IMG/VR virus record: IMGVR_UViG_2788500061_000001
DNA: 64,000 nt
Direction: 5' to 3' (one strand)
Origin: an uncultured virus (IMG/VR IMGVR_UViG_2788500061_000001)
Lineage: Duplodnaviria > Heunggongvirae > Uroviricota > Caudoviricetes
Of this stretch, positions 38,083 to 48,990 are shown piece after piece. The notes beneath the pieces were generated by a model. It worked only from the letters and a program-made list of their open reading frames with translations, was not told the origin of the DNA and made no database searches. The position numbers and the translations under genes are program-made. The stretch's first letter is position 1. Every line of letters starts with the position of its first letter.

Positions 38083-41000
38083 ATGCGTCGGAAATTCCTG
38101 CAAGTGTTGAAAGAACGGATGGGGGCTGCCATGGCAGGCCCCCGCTCCAGAGCGCACCTCATTCGCAAGGTCATCACAAACCGGCGGGGCCACAAGCAAA
38201 CAGTATACGTCAGGCCAGACAAGGCCGGAAGCCCACCTTCTGCCCCTCAAAAACCATCACAGTCTTCATCCTCTGTCGCGGAGGCTCGAAAGGAGTTTCA
38301 AAGAGCCGATGCCGAATTCAGTGCAGCGCTGGAAGAGGCCTATGGCAAGCAAGCGGGAGACAAGCGGTATTCTCCTGGTCCCCATCCACCTGCAGTAGAG
38401 GCTGCAAAGAAGAAACGGATGGAGGCCCAGAAGAAGTGGCATGCGGCACAAGACCAGACTCGGGCTTCAGGAAAGGATCCTCTATCCGGGGCACCTGTTG
38501 AATCCGAGCAGTCAGAAGCCTCAAACAAAGAGAAGCCGGAGCCGAGTGATGGGGAGGACAAGACAGCATCCGATTCCCCGGCAACCGCCCTCTCCTTCGT
38601 TGGTCATGATCAGATCCGGGAGCTGTCTCAGTACACAGACAAGCGCAACTACGATAGAAAGACTATCGATGGCATCAAGGCCAGCATCTTGCGGAATGGT
38701 TACAATCCGGCCTTCCCTCTCCAGGTCGATACAGACAACGGAACCTACAATATCGTTTCGGGGCACCACCGATTCACAGCGGTAAAGGAACTGGTCAGCG
38801 AAGGGAAACTACCGGACAACTTTCAGATTCCCGTCATCGTAAAGCAGTATGGAAGCAAAGGCGACCGACTTATGGCGCAAATGTCGGAGAATGTTCGCCG
38901 CACTGTCAACCCATTGGACGAGGCCCGGGCCATCGGAGAGTTAACCGAGATGGGCCACAGTGTTTCAGAAATCGCAGAAAAGACCGGAATGAATCCGGGA
39001 ACTGTCCGGCGACGCAAAGCATTGACCGGGCTGCACAGTGACCTTCAAAAGCTGTTCTAGAAAAAGGACCGAAGTCTGCCCGTAGGTATCGCGGAAGCGA
39101 TCGGAACTCATGGCCTGAATCCAGACGGGTCTAAAAACGCAACCATCCAGAACAAGGCCCACCGATTCTACAATGCCAACCGACATCGTGGATTCGGAGC
39201 TGCTGAAGTGATTAGCTACATGCAGGAGCTCAAGTCGCAGAACTCCGATCAAATGTGGTCCGTAGATGAAACCCGTACGGAAGCCGAGAAGCAAGCCGTC
39301 CAGAGCCTCGGTTCAGAAGAAAAGGCAAAGCGGAACACAGCGCAAATAGACAAATTCCTGGGTAGCGTACAGAATTCGTTTCAGCGCCTTCTCGGGGACT
39401 CTATTAGCTCTCTAAACGAATCTACTCTCAAAGAACTCTCTAACAGCCTCCTGGCCACGGAAGGCGAGTCCGGGTTTCGCTCAAAAATGGATCAGCTATC
39501 GACACTGATGAACGACCTGGAGACAGTCAAGCGTACTCTCGAGCAGAATTTCAATAAGATCAAAGAGGAATCATCGAACCATAGTCTCGCATTCGCCCGA
39601 TCAATGGCAGTGATTGAAGCCAGCCAGGACGCCATTCATGTTCTAAAGTCGGCCCATAGAGAGACACGGGTAATCGAAAAAAGCAGATTTCTGGAAGTCC
39701 TCAAGGCCAAAGGCAAATCGGCGAGGAATCGGGCTCACCTCGTGCGCAAGGTAATAACCAACAAGAAGGGGCACAAACAGACAGTTTACGTGAACCCCAA
39801 TGAAACCAACCAGGCTCAGGCGGAACAAATCGGGGAGTTCACTCTGAAACGCAGAGGGAAATTCATCGATGTCCTCGGGAATCTGTTCAAAGAATCCGGC
39901 CTGTACATGGCCTTGAATTCTCTAACCGGCAAGAAGGGGAAGCCTATCGAAGGAGAAAACGATCAGGGTAGCATTGGTGCTACTTACCCTTACTCAGTCG
40001 CCAACTATAAAAAGATCCGGGAGCAGTTGCTGGGAGTTTCCCGGGGGCCTGCCGACAACCGAGAGCAGGATTTGAGCCCTGCGGATGTCAGGAATATACC
40101 GGATGAGATAGAGTCGGAAGTCAAGGGAGATAAGGCACGATCCCTCTGGAAGCGAGCGTCCGAGCGATTCCCGAACCTGGATGCCGGAACTTTTGTGGAT
40201 CATCTGGTTGAGTATTTGCTCCACCGTGACAAATACGAAGACCTTTTTTCGCAACAGAGCCTCTTCCAGGAGCCATCGGAAACTCCGGCGAACTCTGCAA
40301 AGGACTCGGGCTCGAAAGGAACGGTTAGCACTCCGAACCCAGCACCGTTCCGGAAAGACTTGCTTCGCTTCATCCATGAGCAATGGTCCGAATCGATCCA
40401 GAGCGATCCTCGTTCAATAGAGAAGGCTGAAGAAAGGTATAATGCAGCAGAACGAGACCTTGAAGAGTCCGCCCGGGAAGCCTACGGGAATCGTTCCAGC
40501 GACATGCTGGAATACGCAAACTCCAGGGTGCATCCTCCAGAAGTTCAGGAAGACCTGGATCAACGCAACGAAGCTCGGGTTTCTCTCCTGGAAACAAGGA
40601 AGGAGTCTCAGATTCGAGAATCCCGCATAAGGGCAAGCGTCGAAACAGGTAAAGCACGGGTCGGCGTTAAGACTCAGCATGCAATCAATGAAGAGGTCCG
40701 ACAGATCCTGAAATCTGTGCCATCGGAAAAGATGACCGAGGAGCAGAAGGAACTCCTTCGTCAGTACGAAGGCTGGGGCGGGCAGACCCGAAATGATAAA
40801 ACGGATTACTCCGGCAAGGGACTTCTTTATGAGTTCTATACTCCTGAGAAGGTCGTAAACAAGTCCTGGGAGCTATTGGAGAGATATATCCCCAAAGGGA
40901 GCAAGATTCTCGAACCCGCTGCCGGGACCGGACGATTCGCGGAGGGACGATCAGACTACAGTTTCGACATGCTGGAGGTAGACGGCACATCAAGCCAGAT

Positions 41001-44000
41001 TGCCGGTATTCTGCACCCGGATGCAAATGTCCGGAAGGGTCAATTCGAAGAGCTGTTCCTGGATAATCGGAACCGATCCAAGAAGCAATACGATGGTCCT
41101 CTGTACGATGCCGTGGTAACGAACCCGCCCTACGGCGAAATGGGAGGAAAATACAAGGCATCCGAAGGTCGAGGCTGGCAGCGCTATGAGGAATACTTCC
41201 TCCATCGCTCCCTCGACACCGTGAAGGAAGGCGGCATAGTTGCAATGGTCGTTCCTTCCAATTTTCTCCGAAAGGGGAAAACCAAAGCAAAGGAGAAGAT
41301 ATTCAACAAAGCAGAACTCCTGGAAGCCCACCGATTGCCGAATGGCGCTTTTGCTCATACGGACATCGGCACGGATCTGATCATCCTTAGAAAGAATACT
41401 ACGGAGCACAAAGACAATGCGATTGCCTTCGAGGATGAATACTTCAAGCGGAACCCGAATCATCTTCACGGAGAGGAGCACGAGACGACAGATCGCTGGG
41501 GCAAGCCAGACCTGCGGACAAAGGGCAATATTGATACCTTTCTCAATCATAGACCGGCGGCCCCCAAGGAAATGTCAAAAGCCCACAAGGATGCAATCTC
41601 CAGGGGATTGATCGGGAACCAGAACGCAAAGGGGAAGCACAAGGTAGCCAGTTCAAATCGGAAGACGGTTAAGAAGAAAGCCGTCCGAAATGCGACGAGG
41701 AAAACGAAGAATACGGCGAGAGAAAAGCAGAGTCCTCCCCCGAAGCTCCTGAATCAGGCGGAGTTCAATAGGAAATACGGGCTGAACTTCAGCGAATCGG
41801 ATGTAGAATTGCTGAAAAGTACCAATGCTCTCGGATACATTGATCCCCAGACGCCATTCGATCCGAAGTCGATGTCATTCCACAATGGCGGTGCAATGCC
41901 CGACTACCTGTATGCCACGGGCGATATTTATGAAAAGCTGAAGCAACTGGAATCGGACAGGGAAGAGATCATCGAGAAAGGTGGCCTGCAGCTATACCAG
42001 AAGCAGCGCCAGATGCTGGAAGATGCCATTCCGGAGCAAACCCCGCTGAAGGACGTCGTTCTGGATCCAATCGACCCTTTCTTCAAGACAGTCACCCTGG
42101 AAGACGGAAGTTCCCTTCTCGACCGGTTCAAGGAATGGGTCGGTGATCTGGACTACGAGACCTTTATGGACTACGCGGCCTCAGCCAGCGACGTTCGGGC
42201 TTACTGTGATGCCATACCTGTCCGGGGCAACAACAAGAGCCTGAATGAGAGAATCCGGCGAGAACGCCGGGAATTGGCAATGAAGCTGGCAGACAGGTTC
42301 GTCAAGGAATCCCTGGGTGAGGCCGAGCAGAGTCAGATCCAGCAGTCCTGGAATGAACGCTTCAACGCCTACGTTCAGGTGGATCCGGCGAAGGTGCCGA
42401 TTCCGATTGAGGGATTGAACGAAAAGTTCAAGGGTAAAGACTATGAATTGAGGGATGTCCAGCATCGATTCATTGCAAATTTCCTTTCAAAAGGCATCGG
42501 TTGCGCAGCCCACGAGGTGGGGCTGGGAAAAACCATGACCGGCATTATTGCCACAGTCTCCAATATGCAAATGGGACGGTCGAAGAGGCCTCTGTTCGTG
42601 GTCCCAACCTCGGTATTACCGAATTGGGAGGCCTCCGTTAAATCGCTTTATCCAAATCTCACGGTGAATACAATCGGCACCCCCGAACTGAATCAAATGA
42701 CCGAAGGCGGCAAGAAACTCGAGATCGAAGAAGGGTCGGTGACTGTAATGTCTTACGATGCGTTCCAGAGGATGGGCTTCAGCGAAGAGCGATTCAATGA
42801 ACTCACAAAAGACCTCCAGGATGCTCACAAGCCCTATGCAGAAGAACCGGCCACCAAGCGAGGGAAGGCAAAGAAAGAGGAGGAATATGAAGCCCTGGTA
42901 TCGAGAGCGAGAACGGGTACGTATAATGAAATACTATTCGACGAAGCGGGCTTTGACTCTCTGACCGTGGACGAAGCGCACAACTTCAACAATATCTTTG
43001 CTGACGTAAAACAGGAGAAGGATCAAGACACCGGGAAGGTCAAGACCCAGGCAAATGAATTCTCCGGTATCATTGGAGGGGCGACGAGCGACCGTGGGCT
43101 AAAAATGTGGCTGGCAGCCCAGCACGTGCTCAAGTCCAACGACAACCGCAATGTGATGATGCTCACAGCCACTCCCTTTACGAACAATCCGCTTCAGGTC
43201 TACTCCCTACTCTCCACGATGGCCAGGGAACGCCTCCAGAAGATGGGGATCTACAACGTAAAGGATTTCGTGGCGGCCTTTGTAGAGACTCAGACCGAAA
43301 AGGTTCTGGAGCCCAACGGAAAAATCAAAGAGAAACAGACGGTCCGCCGTTTCAAGAATGCCCATGCCTTTGCCTCGCTAATCAATGAATTCTTCGACCG
43401 AAAAACCGGAGAGGATGCGCATATCAAACGGCCGGACCTGGTAGAGAAGGAGATCGTTCTTCCTTCTAACAAGGAAATGGATCAGATCCGCCAGAGCCTG
43501 GAGAACTATTACGATATGGCTTTCCACCCCGATCCTGATGAGCGAGATCCCTCCGCTGCACTAAGGTCCATGACCATGCAGCAAAACCTGAATATCAGTC
43601 CGGCCCTCGTAAACGACTATCAATTCAACGATAACCGACAGGATTTCGTCGAACGCAGTCCCAAAATGAAATTTGTGGCCAAATCCGCTGCAGAATACTA
43701 CAAACGGATGAAGGAAGCCCAGGGGAATGCTCCGGGCCAGATCATCTTTCTACCCCGAGGGGTTGAGTATTTCAATGAAGTGAAGGCTTACATGGTTTCC
43801 CAGGGAATCCCGGAGGATGCCATCGAGATCATGACTCCCAAGGAGAAAGGGAAAAAGGCCAGGAGCAAGGAAGCAAAGGCGAAGGGGCAAAGTCGATTCG
43901 AAGAAATCAAGTTCGACTTCAATGATCCGAATGGCAAAACGAAAATCATAATTGGCTCCGATACGATCCAGGAAGGAGTATCCCTCCAGAAAAATACGGG

Positions 44001-44859
44001 GGTCATGTATAACTGCAGCCTGGCATGGAATCCGACATCGAACGAACAAAAAAAGGGCCGTGGATGGCGCCAGGGGAACACCCAGGAGCGTTGCCACATG
44101 TTTTACCCGGTCATGGAGAACTCCGTCGACACAAAACTGTACCAGAAGCATGCCGAAAAGGTTTCCCGAATCAACGATATCTTTAAGGCAACTGGATCCC
44201 CTTTCATCGAAACCACGGACATCAATCCTGATGAGCTGAAATACGAGATCGTGACCGACCCGGAGAAAAAGGCCAGGCTGGTTGCATCGGAAGATGAGAC
44301 GCAGCGTCTGGCCGCCATCAAGGATAAGACCACCGACCGGAACATTCTCCTATCAACCCTGAATCGAGCAGAAAATCTGGACCGACGCATTAGGGATGCG
44401 GAAGAGTCACTGAAGCGGTCACAGCGCTGGGCCGAAATGTACGGCAAGAACTCAACACTTGGTCGATTCCATGCGGAGGATGTAAACCGCATCAAATCAA
44501 GACTCAGTCGATTGAAGCGCGACAAAGAAGAGCATGAGACAATGATGCAGCAGAAGGGCATGACCGTGGAGAAGCTCCGTTCTCAGGCGGAGGCTCTGGA
44601 AAACGAGATCGCTCAAATGAAAGCAGATTCAACCAAAAAGAAGGAAGAGCTTGAATCAGAACTGGTAGAGCGCTACCGACGAGAAAAGGAAGAATATGAG
44701 AAGAGCCGTCCCAACAAGTCGATCGACCAGATGGTGGATGAGCATGTCTCAAAGCTGGTTGACTCTTCCCTCGGCAAGTCGGTATATAAGAGTCGAATCT
44801 ACGAAATAATACGGGGAGGGAGAATGCATGAACGCAGACGTAAAGCAGCAGCTCTTTGA
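38083..44859 (+). CDS. darB: DarB-like polyvalent protein: tag, ParB-N/HTH, N6-adenine MTase and SNF2 helicase; one in-frame TAG at 39058-39060
   Basis: IVSGHHRF/SENVRR (ParB); EFYTP, LEPAAGTG, NPPY (MTase); HEVGLGKT, VDEAH, LTATP, QKKGRGWRQGN (SF2). ORFs 38083 and 39208 share one frame and the gap between them is open. Confidence 0.85.
38149..38217 (+). repeat. Cargo-tag motif copy 1
   Basis: Encodes RAHLIRKVITNRRGHKQTVYVRP. Confidence 0.9.
39730..39798 (+). repeat. Cargo-tag motif copy 2
   Basis: Encodes RAHLVRKVITNKKGHKQTVYVNP. Confidence 0.9.
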
Positions 44860-45034
44860 AGCCGTGGAGGCAGACTTCCCGCACCTGGCAAGTCTGGGGC
44901 CGGACAGGGTCTACGATTCCCTATCCTCAATTTGTATGCAGGAGGGGAAGCCAGTAACGGTTGAACAAATGCTCCAATACGCGGTGATTCTGGACAACGA
45001 CCTGGAGATGGACGATCTACAGACCGGCGACTGA
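44828..45034 (+). CDS. Small acidic protein
   Basis: 68 aa; GGAGG SD inside the darB 3' end. Confidence 0.65.
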   Translation: MNADVKQQLFEAVEADFPHLASLGPDRVYDSLSSICMQEGKPVTVEQMLQYAVILDNDLEMDDLQTGD

Positions 45035-45046
45035 ATCGACAGATGC

Positions 45047-45071
45047 CCGATAGCCGTTTTCCGGCTATAAC
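45047..45071 (+). promoter_or_regulatory. Putative late promoter (zeta)
   Basis: CCGAT-N14-TATAAC-N6-ATG(45078). Confidence 0.7.
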
Positions 45072-45077
45072 GGGTCC

Positions 45078-46496
45078 ATGAATGGCATTCATATTCTCAA
45101 GGCGGCCAACAGAGCGCATCTGGTCCGCAAAGTCATTACGAATAAGAAAGGCCGCCGCCAGACCGTTTACGTAAACCCGGAACAGGAAAAGTCGAAAGAA
45201 AAAGGTCGAGGCCAGTCTGGTAAGGCATCCGAAAAAAAGGCCGAGGACAAGGAAGCCGGATCCTCCCGCCCCGACCAGTCCGCCCATAACAAAGAATCTC
45301 AACCGAGGAACAACGCGCCCGAGAAGAGCGGACAGAAAAAAGAGGGCACCGGGAAGAAACCGAAAGAACGTAAGTACAAAGACCCAGGGGTTAATCAGAT
45401 TTGGGCTCCTGCCGATGTTGAGGCAGCCAAGGCCCAAGCATTCTACAACATTGTAACCGACCCAGACATCGGTGATCCGATACCTCGCCCGGGTCGCTGG
45501 AATGAGGGGATTCCCGAGGGGATGCCCTCCGAAACCTGGGAAGAGCACTTCACCGGCCATCCAGATGAAGGCGGAAAGCCAAAGGAGGGCCGGGAGTTTC
45601 TCCACAACTTGATCAAACAGAGATTCCTCGAAGGGAAACCATCGGTGCCGTCCGGCGAAAAACCCGTTGCCATATTGATGATGGGCGGCCCGGCATCCGG
45701 GAAGTCGACCATGGTTAAGTCCGCTGGCCTGGAGAGTATGGAGGATTTCGTCGTCGCTGATGCTGATATAGTGAAGAACATGATTCCGGAATATCGAGTC
45801 GGGGTCAACAATCGCCTGAAACAGGCCGCATATATGGCACATGAGGAGTCCAGCTATCTGGTGAAGCAGATCAGAGAAGAAGCCATCAATACCCGGAAGA
45901 ACCTGGTTATCGATGGGACAGGTTCAAAGACAGCATCCTACGAAAAGAACATCCAGAAGCTCCGGGACCAGGGATACGAAATCAAGCTTATGATGGCTGA
46001 CACCCCGATGGATGTTGCTCTGAATCGCGCCAAACAGCGAGCGAGAAAAACCGGCCGCTACGTCCCAGACGGTGTTCTGAAAGGTGCTTATGCCGGTATC
46101 CCGAGCGGGTTCCAGAAGATCGCAGAGATGGTTGATTCTGCAGCCATCTATGATACAAACGTGAAGCTGGGAGAGCCTTCACGGCTTGTCTATACAAAGA
46201 CGAATGCCGCTGAAACCATCCATGACTCCGAGCATTATTCGAAGTTCCAGAGTAGGATCGGAAAGTCCTGGCTGTTTCAGATCATCAAGTCCAGACTCTC
46301 CCGTGAACAACGAATTGCTGTAACGAAAGGAGGAGAAGATATGCAGGAGAAGAAGCAAAAGCGAACCGATGACGAGCTACTACAGGCAATGGCCCGCGAC
46401 GAATGGGACTTCACCGAAGAAGAAATGAAACGAATTGAGGCCATGGAAGACGTGGCGGACGAAGGGGAAGGAGTGGAAATGGTAGTGGATGACTGA
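45078..46496 (+). CDS. Zeta-toxin family P-loop kinase with N-terminal cargo tag and acidic C-tail
   Basis: MGGPASGKST, VADADIVK, LVIDGT, RARKTGRYVP. Confidence 0.85.
   Translation: MNGIHILKAANRAHLVRKVITNKKGRRQTVYVNPEQEKSKEKGRGQSGKASEKKAEDKEAGSSRPDQSAHNKESQPRNNAPEKSGQKKEGTGKKPKERKYKDPGVNQIWAPADVEAAKAQAFYNIVTDPDIGDPIPRPGRWNEGIPEGMPSETWEEHFTGHPDEGGKPKEGREFLHNLIKQRFLEGKPSVPSGEKPVAILMMGGPASGKSTMVKSAGLESMEDFVVADADIVKNMIPEYRVGVNNRLKQAAYMAHEESSYLVKQIREEAINTRKNLVIDGTGSKTASYEKNIQKLRDQGYEIKLMMADTPMDVALNRAKQRARKTGRYVPDGVLKGAYAGIPSGFQKIAEMVDSAAIYDTNVKLGEPSRLVYTKTNAAETIHDSEHYSKFQSRIGKSWLFQIIKSRLSREQRIAVTKGGEDMQEKKQKRTDDELLQAMARDEWDFTEEEMKRIEAMEDVADEGEGVEMVVDD
45111..45179 (+). repeat. Cargo-tag motif copy 3
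   Basis: Encodes RAHLVRKVITNKKGRRQTVYVNP. Confidence 0.9.
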
Positions 46497-46516
46497 ACCC
46501 ACTGCAATGGATTTAT

Positions 46517-46541
46517 CCGCTTGAATGATGGAATAGGTTAT
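46517..46541 (+). promoter_or_regulatory. Degenerate late promoter
   Basis: CCGCT-N14-GGTTAT-N5-ATG(46547). Confidence 0.4.
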
Positions 46542-46546
46542 CCGGC

Positions 46547-47989
46547 ATGTTTGGTCTTGAAAGCCTTATTGACATACTGAAAGCTCGCGGCGCAGCTCTT
46601 GGTGAGATCCACCATTGGGCCAATGGCGATTATATGAAAACTCCGCAGGGCTGGAAGGAAGTCAAGAAAGACGTCCGGAAGCATCTGGACAAGCTCACAA
46701 AACGTATGGCTCCCGCAGACGAGAAGGCCCGCGAACACCGCTTCGCCATGGAGGACCTTAAGTCCAGGATTGACGGGATCAAGAGCAAACTCAGCGAGCA
46801 CCCCGATTCAGATTACTACAAAAATGAGCTCAAAGAGGCGGAGAAGCGCCTGATATTCCATAGCGTAAAGGCCGAACAAGTTGGAGGACGTGCCCGACGC
46901 CGTGCCGAGGATTATTTGGATCAGGTCCGCCAGTATCTAAAGGACCATCACGAAACCCAAATAAACGCCAAATATGCTGACGCACTGAAGAAGCTCGATG
47001 AGCGGATGGCTGCACTTGAAGAAGGTGGGGACCGTTACAATCAAATAATGGAGAACCATCGAAAGCTGGTAGGCTCTGAATACGAGGATGAGGACGATGC
47101 TGAGTCAGCAGCAGAAGATGAGATAGAGATCGAAAAAGAGATTATCGAGGATAAGCAAACGGACCTGCACGACCTGATCTGGGAGAAAGTTGGGAACCGT
47201 CATGATCAGATCGATGAACGTTTAGACAAATTGCTGGAAGACAGTGAAGAGGATACCCGCGAAGCATTTGAAACTCGTCTCGATGACTTCGAGGACATCA
47301 AGACCCGCTACCCAACCAGCATAGACCGGGACCCAGTTACTCCGATAAGCAAGGTAAGGGAGAGAATCAGGAAGAACCTCGGTTTTCGCAAGCGGTTGGC
47401 CGACCGATTGAATCTGAAATCCAACCTGGGCCGGATGCTCGCAGTATTCAAAGCCGGAAACCGGCAGGGTCTTGTTAAGAAGGTCATCACAAATCAGGCT
47501 GGGCACCGGCAGACGGTCTGGATTCGGCCGGACGAAAGCCCCGGCCCTCGCCCCGTAAAAAAGGATAGTGGCCCATCCTCCAAAAAACCCGGTGCAGGCT
47601 CAGTAAAGCGCACAATGGCGCCCCAGCGCGGCGGAATGCCGTCCAAGAAGCCCATGGCCGCAAAACCCGCCGAAGATCATGCTGTTGTCCAGCAGCGGCA
47701 TGAGGATTTTGAAAAGCGCGCCCAGGAGCAGCGAAAACGAAAAGGACCTAATGCAAGCATTGATGCCGCCGAAGCTGGCGATATAGTGCAAATCACCAAC
47801 CCGAAATCGAGAGTCCGCAACCAAATAGGAAAAGTGGTTCAGAAACTGGAGGACGGATTGAAGGTCATGATGGCCAACGGGATTTTCCAGGATTTCACTT
47901 TCGATGAACTGTCCTTCGCGAAGTCCCGGCCGCTCGGGTTTCGACCGGATGGAGTTCAAATCCTGAAAGCCCGTATCGAGTTGAACTGA
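46547..47989 (+). CDS. Coiled-coil putative internal virion protein with cargo tag and C-terminal KOW/SH3-like domain
   Basis: ILKA...VFKA...FAKS...ILKA sites; GDIVQITN...IGKVVQK. Confidence 0.75.
   Translation: MFGLESLIDILKARGAALGEIHHWANGDYMKTPQGWKEVKKDVRKHLDKLTKRMAPADEKAREHRFAMEDLKSRIDGIKSKLSEHPDSDYYKNELKEAEKRLIFHSVKAEQVGGRARRRAEDYLDQVRQYLKDHHETQINAKYADALKKLDERMAALEEGGDRYNQIMENHRKLVGSEYEDEDDAESAAEDEIEIEKEIIEDKQTDLHDLIWEKVGNRHDQIDERLDKLLEDSEEDTREAFETRLDDFEDIKTRYPTSIDRDPVTPISKVRERIRKNLGFRKRLADRLNLKSNLGRMLAVFKAGNRQGLVKKVITNQAGHRQTVWIRPDESPGPRPVKKDSGPSSKKPGAGSVKRTMAPQRGGMPSKKPMAAKPAEDHAVVQQRHEDFEKRAQEQRKRKGPNASIDAAEAGDIVQITNPKSRVRNQIGKVVQKLEDGLKVMMANGIFQDFTFDELSFAKSRPLGFRPDGVQILKARIELN
47462..47530 (+). 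repeat. Cargo-tag motif copy 4
   Basis: Encodes RQGLVKKVITNQAGHRQTVWIRP. Confidence 0.85.
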
Positions 47990-48017
47990 AAACTGGCAAA
48001 GAACGAACCTATTCAAT

Positions 48018-48107
48018 GAAATGATCCGCGCTTCTGCGGGGAAAAGTCTTGGCCATGCTCGCGTTTCCGGAAACCCTCCGGTTCACCCCCGCTCGGGCGG
48101 GGAAATG
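48018..48107 (-). CRISPR. Type I-E-like mini CRISPR array (repeat, 32-nt spacer, degenerate repeat); no cas genes in window
   Basis: Minus strand CATTTCCCCGCCCGAGCGGGGGTGAACCG (48107-48079), spacer 48078-48047, CTTTTCCCCGCAGAAGCGCGGATCATTTC (48046-48018); 29+32 = 61-nt period; repeats 18/29 identical. Confidence 0.75.
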
Positions 48108-48182
48108 GCTTTCGGTCATGAAACGCTGCCGGATCCAGAGACAAAGGAAGGCTGAAATCAAGCAACTGAAACTCGTTCGTGA

Positions 48183-48207
48183 CCGATAATCAGGAACGGC
48201 CCACAAT
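48183..48207 (+). promoter_or_regulatory. Putative late promoter (tail operon)
   Basis: CCGAT-N14-CACAAT-N6-GTG(48214). Confidence 0.7.
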
Positions 48208-48213
48208 CAGAGC

Positions 48214-48990
48214 GTGGCTGATCCCCGCCCGACAATTCTGACCGTTCATATTGCTCCGCCGGAGAATACGGTGAAGCTCTGGCTCCAGGGCAATCTCCCT
48301 CTGACCGGACTCAAAACACGCAACGTAGATGCGCCTGTAATCAATGGCCACCCACTGTTTGTCGAAGGGATCTCTGAGTCTGGATTCGACCGCAATTTTC
48401 CCCGAGTTGGGGTGGAGTGGACCAGAGATATTCGAGAAGACTATATAGGGCACAATTTCCGCCGTTTTAAGCCTACCGATCGTTTTCGGGCCGCCCTTCA
48501 TAACTACACTTCCTCCCTTCCACGTGAATCCCGTGCAGCTCCGGAGGCTGCGGCAGAGGAACTCGGTGAAGCCGACATCGTCGAAACCTGGCTGCACATG
48601 GTTCAATCTGAAGTCATCATTGCTGGCTTCACATCCGGAGGTGCAGGGCGTCCTACTCTCCGCATACTCTATGAAACGGTGGAATCGCTGATGGCTCCGA
48701 TGGCCCAGGATATCATGGAGACATTCCCCGGAGTCAAGGTTGATATCGATGAAACCCATGAGGTGAACATTGCCTCGAACCAATTCGCAAGCCCCGTCTG
48801 GGGATTCGAGATTCCGGTCAAACTACGCCAACCGCGCAGAGTCTTCCGCAAAAAGCCAGCCCACCTCTTCCCCGATATTACGGGCTTTGATATACACATG
48901 GAAGATAGCCGCACGGTTTTCAAGACCCGAGGGCTATTCGACTTCGATGCTGGGTACAGCGTCGTTCAAGGAGAATCCAATGGCCAGTGA
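48214..48990 (+). CDS. Tail terminator/completion-like protein
   Basis: Upstream of sheath; FPRVGVE motif. Confidence 0.55.
   Translation: MADPRPTILTVHIAPPENTVKLWLQGNLPLTGLKTRNVDAPVINGHPLFVEGISESGFDRNFPRVGVEWTRDIREDYIGHNFRRFKPTDRFRAALHNYTSSLPRESRAAPEAAAEELGEADIVETWLHMVQSEVIIAGFTSGGAGRPTLRILYETVESLMAPMAQDIMETFPGVKVDIDETHEVNIASNQFASPVWGFEIPVKLRQPRRVFRKKPAHLFPDITGFDIHMEDSRTVFKTRGLFDFDAGYSVVQGESNGQ

Noticed and set aside
38083..44859. Genome-wide TAG reassignment (code 15)
   Set aside because: Only one internal TAG was seen; many genes end at TAG exactly where the next gene or a gap begins.
48047..48078. Self-targeting by the mini-array spacer
   Set aside because: Only short matches were noticed (13 nt near 28350, 8-9 nt near 1267 and 60175), too short to call a protospacer.
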